Of a stretch of DNA of 64,000 bases, positions 8,650 through 19,314 are shown piece by piece (the stretch's first letter is position 1; the number at the start of each line of letters is the position of its first letter). The notes under the pieces were generated by a model. That model did no database searches, was not told where the DNA came from, and was given only the letters and a program-made list of their open reading frames with translations. The DNA lies in the NCBI GenBank assembly GCA_963847705.1, contig CAWKBC010000030.1, positions 160,001 through 224,000 on the forward strand. Direction: 5' to 3'. Both the position numbers and the translations under genes were made by a program. The DNA comes from an uncultured Pseudomonadota bacterium. Its GTDB lineage: Bacteria; Myxococcota_A; Polyangia; Fen-1088.

Positions 8650-10668
8650 ATGCAAATCGTTCATCATCCCGCTCCGGCGGCCGAGGCCGCTGAACTCATG
8701 CCCGAACAAGCTGTCGCGTCCGCTCCCCATCATCATCCCCAGGCGCACGGTGCGGGCCTCGCCAAGCTGGCCCTGGGCGCCATCGGCGTCGTCTACGGCG
8801 ACATCGGGACGTCACCGCTCTACGCCATGAAGGAGTGTGTGACGCTGCCCCACGGGGTGGCGCCGCTCGCGGTCAACATCTACGGCGTGCTGTCCTTGAT
8901 CTTCTGGTCGATCACGCTGGTCGTCTCGGTCAAGTACCTGCTCTTCGTCATGCGCGCCGACAACGACGGCGAGGGTGGGGTGCTGGCGCTGATGGCGCTG
9001 GTGGCGCGCCCGACCGCGGCGGCGGTCACGGCCGACGAGTCGGGGGCTCACCGGGCCTCGACGCGCACCACCTGGACGGGCCTGCGCAAGACCAAGATGC
9101 TGCTCATCGTCCTCGGCCTCTTCGGGGCGGCGCTGCTCTACGGCGACGGCGTCATCACGCCGGCGATCTCCGTGCTCTCGGCGGTGGAGGGGCTGGAGGT
9201 CGCCACCAGCGCCTTCTCGCCGTTCGTCGTGCCGATCACCTGCGTCATCCTGGTGATCCTGTTTGCCATGCAGAAGCGGGGCACCGGCGGCATCGGCGCC
9301 GTGTTCGGTCCGGTGACGGTGGCCTGGTTCATCTTCATCGCCGCCGCCGGGCTCCCCTGGATCGTGCGCCACCCGGAGATCCTGCGCGCGATGAATCCGA
9401 TCTACGGCGCGCGCTTCTTCATCATTCACCGCGGGCACGGGTTCCTGGTGCTCGGGTCGGTCGTCCTCTGCGTGACCGGCGGCGAGGCGCTCTACGCCGA
9501 CATGGGGCACTTCGGGACGCGCGCCATCCGGCTCGCCTGGTACAGCTGCGTCTTCCCGGCGCTGCTCATCAACTACTTCGGGCAGGGGGCGCTGCTGCTC
9601 GAGCGCCCCGAGGCGGCGGCCAATCCGTTCTACGGCCTGGTCTCGGGCGCCTGGCTCTACCCGATGGTGATCCTGGCGACCCTGGCGACGGTGGTGGCGT
9701 CGCAGGCGCTCATCTCGGGCGCCTATTCTCTCACCCGCCAGGCCGTTCAGCTCGGCTATCTGCCGCGCGTCACCATCGTCCACACCTCCGGCCAGACCGA
9801 GGGGCAGATCTACGTCCCCGAGGTGAACTGGTTGCTGATGGTGGCCTGCGTGGCGCTGGTGCTCGGCTTCCGCGAGTCGAGCGCGCTGGCCGACGCCTAC
9901 GGCATCGCGGTGACCGGCACGATGGCCATCACCTCGATGCTGTTCTATTACGTCGCCCGCGATCTGTGGCACTGGGGCCGGCTGCGCGCCGGCGCGTTGC
10001 TGGCGGTGTTCCTCTGCTTCGACTTGTCGTTCTTCATCGCTTGCTCGACCAAGATCGCGCACGGCGGCTGGTTCCCGCTGGCGGTGGCGGTGGGCGTCTT
10101 CACCATCATGCTGACCTGGAAGCGGGGCCGGACCCTGCTGGCGGAGCGGATCGCCGCCGATTCGCTGCCGCTGGGAATCTTCCTGGCCGACATCGAGGCC
10201 ACCAAGCCGCACCGCGTGCCGGGCGTGGCGGTGTTCCTGTCGTCGACGCGGCGGGGGACGCCCAACGTGCTCCTGCACCACTTCAAGCACAACAAGGTGC
10301 TGCACAAGGAGGTGATCATCCTGTCGATCACCACCGACGCGGTGCCGGAGGTGCCGGACGCCGACAAGGTGCGGGTCAAGAGCTTCGGCCAGGGCTTCTG
10401 GGGGGTCACGGCGCACTATGGGTTCAAGGAGAGCCCGGACGTGCTCGACATCCTCCGCCGCTGCAAGGCGCAGGGGCTGCCCATCGACGAGGCGGACACC
10501 AGCTACTACCTCGGCCGCGAGACGCTGCGGTCGGTTCCCGGCAAGGGGATGGCCGAGTGGCGCAAGGTTCTGTTTCGTTTTCTCTCGCGCAACGCGCGCT
10601 CGGCGTCCGACTTCTTCTCTCTGCCGCCCAACCGGGTGGTCGAGATCGGCGCGCAGATCGAGCTCTAG
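8650..10668 (+). CDS. kup: KUP/HAK/KT potassium transporter
   Basis: GVVYGDIGTSPLY, ADNDGEGG, GDGVITPAISVLSAVEG, GQIYVP; start 8650 or 8698. Confidence 0.96.
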   Translation: MQIVHHPAPAAEAAELMPEQAVASAPHHHPQAHGAGLAKLALGAIGVVYGDIGTSPLYAMKECVTLPHGVAPLAVNIYGVLSLIFWSITLVVSVKYLLFVMRADNDGEGGVLALMALVARPTAAAVTADESGAHRASTRTTWTGLRKTKMLLIVLGLFGAALLYGDGVITPAISVLSAVEGLEVATSAFSPFVVPITCVILVILFAMQKRGTGGIGAVFGPVTVAWFIFIAAAGLPWIVRHPEILRAMNPIYGARFFIIHRGHGFLVLGSVVLCVTGGEALYADMGHFGTRAIRLAWYSCVFPALLINYFGQGALLLERPEAAANPFYGLVSGAWLYPMVILATLATVVASQALISGAYSLTRQAVQLGYLPRVTIVHTSGQTEGQIYVPEVNWLLMVACVALVLGFRESSALADAYGIAVTGTMAITSMLFYYVARDLWHWGRLRAGALLAVFLCFDLSFFIACSTKIAHGGWFPLAVAVGVFTIMLTWKRGRTLLAERIAADSLPLGIFLADIEATKPHRVPGVAVFLSSTRRGTPNVLLHHFKHNKVLHKEVIILSITTDAVPEVPDADKVRVKSFGQGFWGVTAHYGFKESPDVLDILRRCKAQGLPIDEADTSYYLGRETLRSVPGKGMAEWRKVLFRFLSRNARSASDFFSLPPNRVVEIGAQIEL

Positions 10669-10736
10669 GGGCAGCTCACGCAGGCTGCTCCCTGCGGCGA
10701 CCCCGCGCGGCGAGCGAGCTGCTAACCTGACCCTGC

Positions 10737-11666
10737 ATGCAGGGTGAGCAAGCGGCGACCACGTCGATGGCCGAGCGCCAGGGCGCGACGCCGCCCCCCT
10801 GGCGCGGGCGCTCGCGGGTCCGCCTGCTGGCCGACGTCATCGGCGGCGCCCGCCAGAACTGGGACAAGCTGCGCCAGCTCGCCTCGCTGGTGACCGCCTA
10901 CTTTCGACCCCGCCTGGTGCGGCGGCGCCTGGAGCGCCTGCGGGCGCTCGGCCACATCGACGCCGTGCCGACGATCGGCCAGCTGCTCGTCGCCGGGCGC
11001 GATCAGATGATGGTGGGCGCGGCCGAGGAGACGAAGATCTTCTACCGCGCGCAGGGGATCCCCTGGATCTTTCACAACGCGCGCCGTTTCCTGTCGGGCC
11101 CGGCGACGATGCTCGATCCGATCGGCCTGTTCGCACCGCGCGAGGCGATCGTCCACCACGTCCTGCAGACGTTCCACCGGCATCCGGTCTACGATCTGGT
11201 GCTGCTGCGCGCGCACGACGGCGGAGCCGAGGAGCTGGCGCGCCAGGCCCGGCAGATCGTCGAGGGGACGCACCCGCACCAGCGCGCGCTGACCTCACTG
11301 ATCGAGGACGGCGCCTACCACGCGCGGCTGCCGGCCGACATCGCCGCCTTCGAACAGGCGACGCGCGCGCCGGCGCGCCCGATCCCGGCCGGGTTGGTCG
11401 ACGATCCCGAGCTGATGCTGGCGATGGATCAGTTCAAGGACCTGGCCGGCTTCGTCCGCTACGCCTCGCGCCTGCGGGTCGGGTTCGTCGATGCGCTCCG
11501 GGCCTGGCTGGCGGCCGGCTTCGACGAGACGGTCGGCGCGCTGGTTCCCGTCAAGCTCGGGCGCCGGCAGGTCGAGCACGCCGCCTGCGATCCCGAGCTC
11601 GTCACGCGCCATCTGGGTGCGCTCGGTGAGAGGCCCGGCGCAGTGGCGACGAAAGCGCTCGTCTGA
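10737..11666 (+). CDS. Hypothetical protein
   Basis: Long ORF with coding-like codon use; no family recognised. Confidence 0.7.
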   Translation: MQGEQAATTSMAERQGATPPPWRGRSRVRLLADVIGGARQNWDKLRQLASLVTAYFRPRLVRRRLERLRALGHIDAVPTIGQLLVAGRDQMMVGAAEETKIFYRAQGIPWIFHNARRFLSGPATMLDPIGLFAPREAIVHHVLQTFHRHPVYDLVLLRAHDGGAEELARQARQIVEGTHPHQRALTSLIEDGAYHARLPADIAAFEQATRAPARPIPAGLVDDPELMLAMDQFKDLAGFVRYASRLRVGFVDALRAWLAAGFDETVGALVPVKLGRRQVEHAACDPELVTRHLGALGERPGAVATKALV

Positions 11667-11731
11667 GCCGGCTTCGGGCGGCACGTCGTCGGCCGCGGTC
11701 GCTGCGCTCACCGTCGCCTTCGGCGAAGGCC
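11667..11731. repeat. Dispersed REP-like element, copy 1
   Basis: Closely similar to 42160..42227; two GC stems with TTCG-type loops; lies between convergent genes. Confidence 0.75.
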
Positions 11732-11732
11732 C

Positions 11733-12278
11733 CTACGGCCCTGGCGTGGCCTTCTCGGCGGCGGCGAGCAGCTCGTCGGTCCGCTGGCAGCTCAGGGTCC
11801 GGGCGGCGCGCGGGCGGGTGCAGTCGACGCAGCCGTCGAGCGCCGTCACGGCCGACTGGACCAGGTTCCACTGGCTGTCGAGCTCGCTGTCGCGCGCCAC
11901 GCACCCGCTGGCGTCCTTCGAGAAGATGTCGACGAAGGCAGACCATTTGCGATTGTCCGCGTCGCCGCGGCAGGCGACCGATGCGCCGTCTTCCTTCTGT
12001 TTCTTGAGCGCCGGTGCCAGGGTTCTCTCGGCCTGGCGGATGGCCGCGACCAGCTCGCGCAGGTCCCGCGCGCGACAGGGGGCGACCGCCGGTTTGGTCA
12101 CCTGCGGCGTGGGAATGAAGGGGTGGACGAACTCCCTGGGGGTGGCCGTGGTCGGGTGGCCCGGCGCGGTGGGCGCGTGAGCGTGCGGCGTCCGACCAAC
12201 GAGCCGCATCACCAGCGAGAGGGAGAGCACGCCGGCCAGCACCAACACGGTCAAGGGGCCCCGTTTGTTTCGGCGCAT
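11733..12278 (-). CDS. Membrane-anchored Cys-rich hypothetical protein
   Basis: N-terminal TM; six Cys including CVDC. Confidence 0.6.
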   Translation of the reverse strand: MRRNKRGPLTVLVLAGVLSLSLVMRLVGRTPHAHAPTAPGHPTTATPREFVHPFIPTPQVTKPAVAPCRARDLRELVAAIRQAERTLAPALKKQKEDGASVACRGDADNRKWSAFVDIFSKDASGCVARDSELDSQWNLVQSAVTALDGCVDCTRPRAARTLSCQRTDELLAAAEKATPGP

Positions 12279-12307
12279 GGGGCGATATTGCCCCATACTG
12301 TCGCGCC

Positions 12308-12883
12308 ATGGCAGCGGCCAAGCTCTTCGCCTCGATCTTCGCGGTCATCTTCGTCGCCGAGCTGCCTGACAAGACCGCCCTGGCCTCGCTGGTGCTGGCG
12401 ACGCGGCATCGCGCGATGCCGGTGCTGATCGGCGCCGCCGCCGCGCTGGCGATCCAGAGCCTGGTGGCCGTCGTCGCCGGGAGCCTGCTGGCGATGCTGC
12501 CGCCGCGGGCGGTGCACATCGGGTCGGGCGTGCTGTTTCTCGTCTCGGCCATCGTCATGTGGCGCAGGAAGGAAGAAGAGGCCGAGGGGGGCAAGGACGG
12601 CGGCGAGGTCGGGTTCGCCAAGGCGTTCACCATGTCCTTCATGGTCGTCTTCGTGGCCGAGTGGGGGGACCTGACGCAGATCGCGACCGCCGGCTTCGCG
12701 GCGCGGACGAAGCAGCCGGTGCTGGTCTTCTTTGCGGCGACCGCGGCGCTGTGGGCGGTGGCCACGGTGGCGGTCATCGCCGGCAACCGGGCCGGGCATC
12801 TGCTGAACCCCAAGGTCACGCAGAAGGTGGCCGCCGTGCTGTTCGCGCTGGTGGGCGTGGCGCTCATCGCCGGCATCTTTTAG
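12308..12883 (+). CDS. TMEM165/GDT1 (UPF0016) Mn/Ca transporter family
   Basis: Duplicated motifs AELPDKT and AEWGDLTQI. Confidence 0.9.
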   Translation: MAAAKLFASIFAVIFVAELPDKTALASLVLATRHRAMPVLIGAAAALAIQSLVAVVAGSLLAMLPPRAVHIGSGVLFLVSAIVMWRRKEEEAEGGKDGGEVGFAKAFTMSFMVVFVAEWGDLTQIATAGFAARTKQPVLVFFAATAALWAVATVAVIAGNRAGHLLNPKVTQKVAAVLFALVGVALIAGIF

Positions 12884-12889
12884 CCGGCG

Positions 12890-13363
12890 TCAGCGCAGCA
12901 GCTTGGGGGGGTAGATTCCGGGCTCCGACCCGTCGATCACCACGGCGCCGACCGCGCGTCGATAGAAGTCGATCGACGACGCCCAGCCGATGATGGCGTA
13001 GGCGTACCCCTCGGCGCGCATCGCGTGCAGCGCCGCCAGCAAGAGCGCCCGGCCGACGCCGCGCCCACGCCGATCGGGGTGCACCAGCTCGGGCCCGAAG
13101 AAGTCGCGGCAGGTCGCCTCGTAGCAGGCGAAGCCGATCAGCGTGTCGTCTTCGACGGCGACGAAGCAGGCGAGCGGCAGGCGGGCGAATGTCGCCTCGC
13201 ACTCGTCCGCCCAGCCCGGGGAGCCGTGCGCGCGCGCCCATTCGACAACCGTTGATCGCTCCGCCGCCGCCGCGCGCCGCACCACGATCCCCGCCCGGGA
13301 CAGCGCCTCCAGCGCCGGTCCGAGCGGCGGGAGATCGTAGAGGCGGACCAGCAGATCGGACAC
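12890..13363 (-). CDS. GNAT family N-acetyltransferase
   Basis: FFGPELVHPDRRGRGVGRALL acetyl-CoA motif; DFY. Confidence 0.85.
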   Translation of the reverse strand: MSDLLVRLYDLPPLGPALEALSRAGIVVRRAAAAERSTVVEWARAHGSPGWADECEATFARLPLACFVAVEDDTLIGFACYEATCRDFFGPELVHPDRRGRGVGRALLLAALHAMRAEGYAYAIIGWASSIDFYRRAVGAVVIDGSEPGIYPPKLLR

Positions 13364-13421
13364 GCGCTCCGCACTATCGCACAGGTGGCGTCAGCCGGAG
13401 GACCGCCCGGCCCTGGCCGGG

Positions 13422-14129
13422 TCAAGGCGCGGACGGAGCAGCGGCGACCTTCCCCGCGGGGGTGGGGGTGCGCTTGGGCAGCTCGCGGTCGAGCGCCAGG
13501 TTCGTCTCCAGGACGTTGACGCGCGGATCGCCGAACAGCCCCCACTGGCGCCCCTTGGTCTGGCGCTCGAGCAGGGCGCGCACCTCGTCGACGTTCACGC
13601 CGCGCGCGGTGGCGATCCGGATCGCCTGCAGCCCGGCGTTGGCCGGCGTGATGTCGGGATCGAGCCCGCTCCCCGAGCGGGTCACGGCGTCCGCCGGGAC
13701 CAGCGCACCGGCCGGCAGCTTGTTCTCGGCGCGGTAGGCCTCGACCAGCTGCTTGATGCCGGCGAACGACTCGTCGACGTCCTTGGTCTTGGGGTCGTCG
13801 GCGACGCCGTTGAGCAGCTTGTCGCTGATCGGCCCCAGGTTGGTGCCGCTGGAGTTGGCGGCGTCGTAGCCCGCGCCGGCGGCCGAGGGGCGCGGATGCA
13901 GATACTCGGGCGCCTTGAACGGCTGGCCGAGCAGGCTGGAGCCGATCGCCCCGTCCGGCCCGGTGGCGTCACCTTGCCGATCGATGAGCGAGCCGTCGGC
14001 TTGCGGGCGGAGCGCCAGGTGCCCGATGGCGTAGACCGCCAGCGGGTAGAAGGCGCAGCCGAGGAAGGCGACCAGGACCGTCGCGCGCAGGGAGACGAAC
14101 GTTTCGCGAATGAGCTCTCGCATGATCAC
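13422..14129 (-). CDS. kdpC: K+-transporting ATPase subunit C
   Basis: [43 protein letters not shown]. Confidence 0.96.
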   Translation of the reverse strand: MIMRELIRETFVSLRATVLVAFLGCAFYPLAVYAIGHLALRPQADGSLIDRQGDATGPDGAIGSSLLGQPFKAPEYLHPRPSAAGAGYDAANSSGTNLGPISDKLLNGVADDPKTKDVDESFAGIKQLVEAYRAENKLPAGALVPADAVTRSGSGLDPDITPANAGLQAIRIATARGVNVDEVRALLERQTKGRQWGLFGDPRVNVLETNLALDRELPKRTPTPAGKVAAAPSAP

Positions 14130-16180
14130 ACCATGTGCAGCAGGTTGTGGACGAACAGATCGATGACCTTGATTCCGACGAAGGGGACCACCAGGCCCCC
14201 CAGGCCGTAGACCAGCAGGTTGCGGCGGAGGATGTCGCCGGCGCTGGCGGGGCGGAACTTCACCCCGCGCAAGGCGAGCGGGACCAGACAGATGATGATG
14301 AGCGCGTTGAAGATGACCGCGCTCAGGATGGCGCTCCCCGGGGAGCCGAGCCCCATGATGTTGAGCGGCGCGATCTGGGGAAAGGCGCCGATCAACATGG
14401 CGGGGATGATGGCGAAGTACTTGGCCACGTCGTTGGCCACGCTGAAGGTGGTGAGCGCGCCGCGGGTGATCAGCATCTGCTTGCCGATCTCGACGACCTC
14501 GATGAGCTTGGTCGGGTTGCTGTCGAGGTCGACCATGTTCCCGGCCTCCTTGGCGGCCTGGGTCCCCGAGTTCATCGCCACGCCGACGTCGGCCTGGGCC
14601 AGCGCGGGCGCGTCGTTGGTCCCGTCGCCCGTCATCGCCACCAGGTGACCGCCGGCCTGCTCGCGCCGGATGAGCGCCAGCTTGTCCTCCGGGGTGGCCT
14701 CGGCCAGGAAGTCGTCGACCCCCGCCTCCTTGGCGATGGCCGCCGCGGTGAGGGGGTTGTCGCCGGTGATCATCACCGTGCGGATTCCCATCGCTCGAAA
14801 TCGACTGAAGCGGTCGACCAGACCCTCCTTGACGATGTCCTTGAGGTGAATGACCCCCAGGACCCGCCCGGAGCTCGAGACCACCAGCGGCGTGCCTCCC
14901 TGCCGGGCAATCTGATCGACCTCACCCTGCACGCTCGGGGGCAGGGAACCGCCGGCCAGCGCCTTCATCGACTCGGAGGCTCCCTTGCGGATCTCCTTGC
15001 CGTCGACGTCGACGCCGCTCATGCGCGTCTGCGCCGAGAAAGGGACGAAGCCGGCGCCGGGCAGATCGTCCGCGCTCAGCGCAGGCTGTCCGAGTTTTTC
15101 CGCCAGCGTGACGATGCTGCGTCCCTCCGGCGTCTCGTCGGCCAGCGAGGAGAGCTGCGCCGCGCGCGCCAGCTCGACCGGCGTCACGCCCGGGGCCGGC
15201 AGCAGCGCCACCGCCTGCCGGTTTCCGTGGGTGATGGTGCCGGTCTTGTCCAGCAGGAGGACGTGGACGTCGCCCGCCGCCTCGACCGCCTTGCCGCTCA
15301 TCGCCAGCACGTTCTTCTGCACCATGCGATCGATCCCGGCGATGCCTATGGCGGAGAGGAGGCCGCCGATCGTGGTGGGGATGAGGCAGACCAGGAGCGC
15401 GATGAGGACGGTGACCGAGAACGCCGAGGCCGCCAGCGTGGGGGTGTAGCTCTGGATGTAGGTGCCGAAGGGGCGCAGGAAGAAGCAGACCAGCAAGAAG
15501 ATGATGGTCAGCGCCGAGAGCAGGATGTTGAGCGCGATCTCGTTCGGCGTCTTTTGCCGCTTGGCCCCTTCGATGAGGGAGATCATGCGGTCGAGGAAGC
15601 TCTCGCCGGGATCGGCGGTCACTCGGACCCGCAGCTGATCGGAGATGACCGTGGTCCCGGCGGTGACGGCGGATCTGTCGCCGCCCGACTGGCGCAGCAC
15701 CGGCGCCGACTCGCCGGTGATCACCGATTCGTCGACCATCGCCACCCCGGCCACGATCTCGCCGTCGGCGGGGATGATCTCGTGCGCGGGGACCAGCACC
15801 TCGTCGCCTTTGCGCAAGAGCTCCGAGGGGACCGTCTCCGTCGTTCCGTCGGGCCGCAGCCGCCGCCCGAACGCCTTCTTGCGCCCGCGCCGGAGCGCAT
15901 CGGCCTGCGCCTTGCCTCGCCCTTCGGCCAGGGCCTCGGCGAAGTTGGCGAAGAGGACGGTGAACCAGAGCCAGACGCAGATCTGGACCACGAACCCCAG
16001 CGACTCTCCGTGCGCCTTGGCGCGCAGGATCTCCACCGTGGTGACGATCGCGCCGACCTCGGTCACGAACATCACCGGGTTGCGGACCATGTAACGCGGA
16101 TCGAGCTTGGTGAAGCTGGCGCGCAGCGCGGGGAAGAGGATCTCCCGCTCGAACACCGAACGCTTGTTGGCAACCGACAT
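14126..16180 (-). CDS. kdpB: K+-transporting P-type ATPase subunit B
   Basis: [26 protein letters not shown]; true start MSVANK at 16180. Confidence 0.97.
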   Translation of the reverse strand: MSVANKRSVFEREILFPALRASFTKLDPRYMVRNPVMFVTEVGAIVTTVEILRAKAHGESLGFVVQICVWLWFTVLFANFAEALAEGRGKAQADALRRGRKKAFGRRLRPDGTTETVPSELLRKGDEVLVPAHEIIPADGEIVAGVAMVDESVITGESAPVLRQSGGDRSAVTAGTTVISDQLRVRVTADPGESFLDRMISLIEGAKRQKTPNEIALNILLSALTIIFLLVCFFLRPFGTYIQSYTPTLAASAFSVTVLIALLVCLIPTTIGGLLSAIGIAGIDRMVQKNVLAMSGKAVEAAGDVHVLLLDKTGTITHGNRQAVALLPAPGVTPVELARAAQLSSLADETPEGRSIVTLAEKLGQPALSADDLPGAGFVPFSAQTRMSGVDVDGKEIRKGASESMKALAGGSLPPSVQGEVDQIARQGGTPLVVSSSGRVLGVIHLKDIVKEGLVDRFSRFRAMGIRTVMITGDNPLTAAAIAKEAGVDDFLAEATPEDKLALIRREQAGGHLVAMTGDGTNDAPALAQADVGVAMNSGTQAAKEAGNMVDLDSNPTKLIEVVEIGKQMLITRGALTTFSVANDVAKYFAIIPAMLIGAFPQIAPLNIMGLGSPGSAILSAVIFNALIIICLVPLALRGVKFRPASAGDILRRNLLVYGLGGLVVPFVGIKVIDLFVHNLLHMV

Positions 16181-16194
16181 GGTGTCTCCTCGAT

Positions 16195-17928
16195 TCAGAA
16201 GGTCAGGGTGGACGAAGTCATGAGGTAGTGTTCGACGATCGGCCCCACGGCCAGCGAGGGGAAGAACGTCAGCGCGCCGACGATGATGACCGTCGAGGTG
16301 AGCAGCACGACGAACATCGGCCCGGTGACCGGGAAGCTGCCGGCGTCGGTGGCGGTGGCCTTTTTCTGCACCAGGGCGCCCGCCAGGGCCAGGACCGGGA
16401 TGGCCGGGAAGAGGCGCCCGAACAGCATCGACAGCCCCTGGACGAAGTTCCACATGATGTTCCCGTTGGCGGCCGTCAGGGTCAGGCCCGCGAAGGCCGA
16501 GCCGTTGTTGCCGACGCCCGAGGCGAAGGCGTAGAGGATCTCGGAGAAGCCGCGGGGCCCGCCGTTGTTGAGCCCGGCCAGCCCCCAGGGCGCGACGCTG
16601 GCCCAGGCCGTCCCCGCCAGCGTGAAGACCGACACCACCAGCAGCGACAGCGCCGCCAGCTTCACGTCGCGGGCCTGGATCTTCTTGCCCAGGTACTCGG
16701 GCGTGCGACCGACCATCAGGCCGGCGATGAAGATCGCCACGAAGACGAAGACCAGCATCCCGTAGAGGCCGCTCCCCACGCCCCCGAAGATCACCTCCCC
16801 CATGAGGATGTTCCCCAGCGTCACCAGCGCGCCCAGCGGCGTGAACGAGTCGTGCATGGCGTTCACCGCGCCCGTGCCGGTGGCGGTGGTCATGGAGGCG
16901 AAGATCGAGGAGTTGGCGATCCCGAACCGCACCTCCTTCCCCTCCATGTTGCCGAACGAAGGGTCGACGCCCAGCGCGGTCAGCCGCGGGTTGCCGTGGG
17001 CCTCCGCCCACCAGCAGACGAGGATCCCGACCATCAGCATGCCGAACATGCTGGCCCACACCGCCCAGCCGTGGCGCTGGTTCTTGACCATCCGCCCGAG
17101 GTAGTAGGTGAGCCCGCTGCAAAGCGCGATGAAGAGCACGATCTGCACGAAGTTGCTGAGCGGGGTGGGGTTCTCGAACGGGTGCGCGGCGTTGACGTTC
17201 ATGTAGCCGCCGCCGTTGGTCCCCAGCATCTTGATGGCGATCTGCGAGGCGATGGGGCCCTGCGCGATCGTCTGGGTGGCGCCCTCCACCGTCTTGGCCG
17301 CCGTGTAAGGGAGAAAGTTCTGCGGGATCCCCTGGAACATCAGAAACACGGCGTAGATGATGGCCGCGGGCAGAAAGAGATAGAGCGTCTGGCGAATCAC
17401 GTCGCGCCAGAAGTTCCCGATCGTCGAGCCGGAGGTGCGCGCGATGCCGCGCACGAGAACGGCGGCGATCCCGATGCCGATCACCGGCGAGGTGAAGTTG
17501 TGCAGCACCAGCGCCAGCATCTGCGACAGGTAGCTCATGGTGCTTTCGCCGCCGTAGCTCTGCCAGTTGGTGTTGGTGGTGAAGCTGGCGGCGGTGTTGA
17601 AGGCCAGATCCGGCCGGATGGGACCGAGCTTCTGCGGGTTGAGCGGCAGCAGATGTTGAATGCGCAGCAGCAGGTAGGTGAAGAAGGTGGTCACCGCCGT
17701 GAAGAGCACCATCGAGACGGTGTAGCCCTTCCAGGTCTGTTCCTTGCGCGGATCGACCCCCAGCACGCGGTAGCTGGCCCGCTCGACCGGACCGAGCGCC
17801 CGCGCGAGCCAGGGCTCGCCACCGACGTCGGGGTCGAGGATCTTCACCAGGTAGACTCCGATGGGCTTGGTGATGAGGACGAATCCCGCGACGATGAGCG
17901 CGAGCTGAATCCAACCGGCGGCGTCCAT
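16195..17928 (-). CDS. kdpA: K+-transporting ATPase subunit A
   Basis: [35 protein letters not shown]. Confidence 0.97.
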   Translation of the reverse strand: MDAAGWIQLALIVAGFVLITKPIGVYLVKILDPDVGGEPWLARALGPVERASYRVLGVDPRKEQTWKGYTVSMVLFTAVTTFFTYLLLRIQHLLPLNPQKLGPIRPDLAFNTAASFTTNTNWQSYGGESTMSYLSQMLALVLHNFTSPVIGIGIAAVLVRGIARTSGSTIGNFWRDVIRQTLYLFLPAAIIYAVFLMFQGIPQNFLPYTAAKTVEGATQTIAQGPIASQIAIKMLGTNGGGYMNVNAAHPFENPTPLSNFVQIVLFIALCSGLTYYLGRMVKNQRHGWAVWASMFGMLMVGILVCWWAEAHGNPRLTALGVDPSFGNMEGKEVRFGIANSSIFASMTTATGTGAVNAMHDSFTPLGALVTLGNILMGEVIFGGVGSGLYGMLVFVFVAIFIAGLMVGRTPEYLGKKIQARDVKLAALSLLVVSVFTLAGTAWASVAPWGLAGLNNGGPRGFSEILYAFASGVGNNGSAFAGLTLTAANGNIMWNFVQGLSMLFGRLFPAIPVLALAGALVQKKATATDAGSFPVTGPMFVVLLTSTVIIVGALTFFPSLAVGPIVEHYLMTSSTLTF

Positions 17929-18011
17929 CAGAAGCTCTCCGGGCGAAGCAGCGACCAGAACAGGTAGATCACCAGACCGAGCGCGATCACCGACACCACG
18001 GCGGACTCCAT
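17928..18011 (-). CDS. kdpF: KdpF peptide (27 aa, not in the ORF track)
   Basis: [27 protein letters not shown]; YL..LLRPE.F signature; TGATG coupling to kdpA. Confidence 0.9.
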   Translation of the reverse strand: MESAVVSVIALGLVIYLFWSLLRPESF

Positions 18012-18012
18012 G

Positions 18013-18096
18013 TCAGAGCCTCTCGCAGGCCGCCGCATAGGCGAGCGTGATCGCGAAAAATCCGATCGTGACGACGATGAACAAGACGTCCAACAT
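18013..18096 (-). CDS. Small hydrophobic peptide upstream of kdpF (27 aa)
   Basis: MLDVLFIVVTIGFFAITLAYAAACERL; GGAGG RBS; stop 1 nt before kdpF ATG. Confidence 0.75.
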   Translation of the reverse strand: MLDVLFIVVTIGFFAITLAYAAACERL

Positions 18097-18148
18097 GGGC
18101 GATGCCTCCAGGCTCACGAGAAGAGAACTTCGACTCGCCTTCCTCTTG

Positions 18149-18164
18149 AGCACCGCTCGTGCCA
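18149..18164 (-). promoter_or_regulatory. sigma54 (-24/-12) promoter of the kdp operon
   Basis: TGGCACG-AGCG-GTGCT, correct GG-N10-GC spacing. Confidence 0.7.
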
Positions 18165-18263
18165 AATCGGTTCGCGGCCGCCGCGCCCGCATCGATCCGC
18201 GCCCCAACGGGCAAACAAGGGCCATCAATTAACGGTGCCGAAATAATGCGGCGGCCGAATCGT

Positions 18264-18307
18264 TGCGGTTTGCGGAAACCGAGGCCCCTCGAATCTCGCA
18301 GGTCGCA
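18264..18307. promoter_or_regulatory. Paired putative enhancer sites YGCR-N3-YGCR, 33 bp apart
   Basis: TGCGGTTTGCG (18264) and CGCAGGTCGCA (18297); similar pair at 19315/19348. Confidence 0.45.
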
Positions 18308-18309
18308 AG

Positions 18310-19197
18310 TCAACCCTCTTCGTGCGGGCCCGAGGCCGCCTGCTCCAGGCGTTTTCGGATCCGCCACAACGTGCTCGCATCGATGCCCAGGATGGTCGCC
18401 GCCTTGCGGAGGTTCCGCACGCGCCGGATGACGCGCGCGACGTGCTCGCGCTCCAGATCGCGAAGCTTGACGTCCTCCCCCAGGCGCACGCCGCCGGGTC
18501 CGTTCGCCATCTCGATGTCGGCGAAGGCGTCGGCCTCCAGCAGGTCTCCGGGACAGAGCAAGAGGGCCCGCTCGATCAGGTTGTGAAGCTCGCGGGCGTT
18601 TCCAGGAAATGGATGCTGCTGCAGCAGCGCCGCCGCCTCCGCCGACAGCGCCGGAGCGCGCCGGCCGAGGTCGGTGCTCAACGACAGGATGATCCCCCGT
18701 GCAGCGGGCAGGATGTCCTCGGGGCGTTCGCGCAGCGGCGGCACGCGGATGTCGACGACGTTCAGCCGGAAGCGGAGCTCCGAGCCGAGGCGGCCGCTCG
18801 CCACCTCCTCGTCCAGATCGCGGCGGTTCGAGGAGATCAAGCGCGCCGGCGGGCCGCGAGAGGCGAGGGCGTCGAGCAGATGGACCAGCTTGGGCTGAAG
18901 CGGAGGCGCCAGCTCGCCAACTTCATGCAGGAACAATGTCCCACCGACCGCCGTCGCCAGAGCCCGCACCGGGAGCTGGTCGAGCGAAGCACACGCCAGG
19001 GTCTCGAACCGGTGCCCGCGACGTGGGCTCTCCTCATGAGCGAAGCGCGCGAGCTCCAACACCTCCGTCCCCAGCTCGCCCCGAAGCACAATCGGGGCCT
19101 CCGTGTGGGCTGCCGCCAGCAGCGCCTCCACAGCTCGCTGCATCGAGGCGCTGTGGGTCTCGAGCGGGAGTTGCGACGGCGGATCAAGCACGGACAT
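18310..19197 (-). CDS. Degenerate sigma54-interaction (bEBP-like) AAA+/Fis-HTH protein without a receiver domain
   Basis: GGTLFLHEV, RLNVVDIRVPPLRERPEDI, FPGNAREL, HTH AATILGIDASTLWR; Walker A is GELGTEV; no GAFTGA. Confidence 0.85.
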   Translation of the reverse strand: MSVLDPPSQLPLETHSASMQRAVEALLAAAHTEAPIVLRGELGTEVLELARFAHEESPRRGHRFETLACASLDQLPVRALATAVGGTLFLHEVGELAPPLQPKLVHLLDALASRGPPARLISSNRRDLDEEVASGRLGSELRFRLNVVDIRVPPLRERPEDILPAARGIILSLSTDLGRRAPALSAEAAALLQQHPFPGNARELHNLIERALLLCPGDLLEADAFADIEMANGPGGVRLGEDVKLRDLEREHVARVIRRVRNLRKAATILGIDASTLWRIRKRLEQAASGPHEEG

Positions 19198-19232
19198 CGA
19201 CCTCCGGGCGCCGAGAGTTTCAAGGGAGTCCT

Positions 19233-19248
19233 TGCGACGCCTGTGCCA
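19233..19248 (-). promoter_or_regulatory. sigma54 promoter upstream of the degenerate bEBP gene
   Basis: TGGCACA-GGCG-TCGCA. Confidence 0.6.
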
Positions 19249-19314
19249 ACGCGGGTGCGCCCGCCGGCAGCCAGAATCGGCCGCGCTTCCGGTCGAACGC
19301 AGATCTCCCCCGCC

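Noticed and set aside
8812-10730. Long Arg/Ala-rich alternative-frame and antisense ORFs here and throughout the window
   Set aside because: Expected stop-poor shadows in high-GC coding DNA; no recognisable motifs
14126-17914. 1262-aa KdpA-KdpB fusion ORF
   Set aside because: The upstream part is an off-frame shadow of kdpA; kdpB has its own RBS and ATG at 16180
18279-18293. 15-bp identity CCGAGGCCCCTCGAA with 20561-20575
   Set aside because: Short and GC-rich; may be chance or a REP remnant, with no independent support
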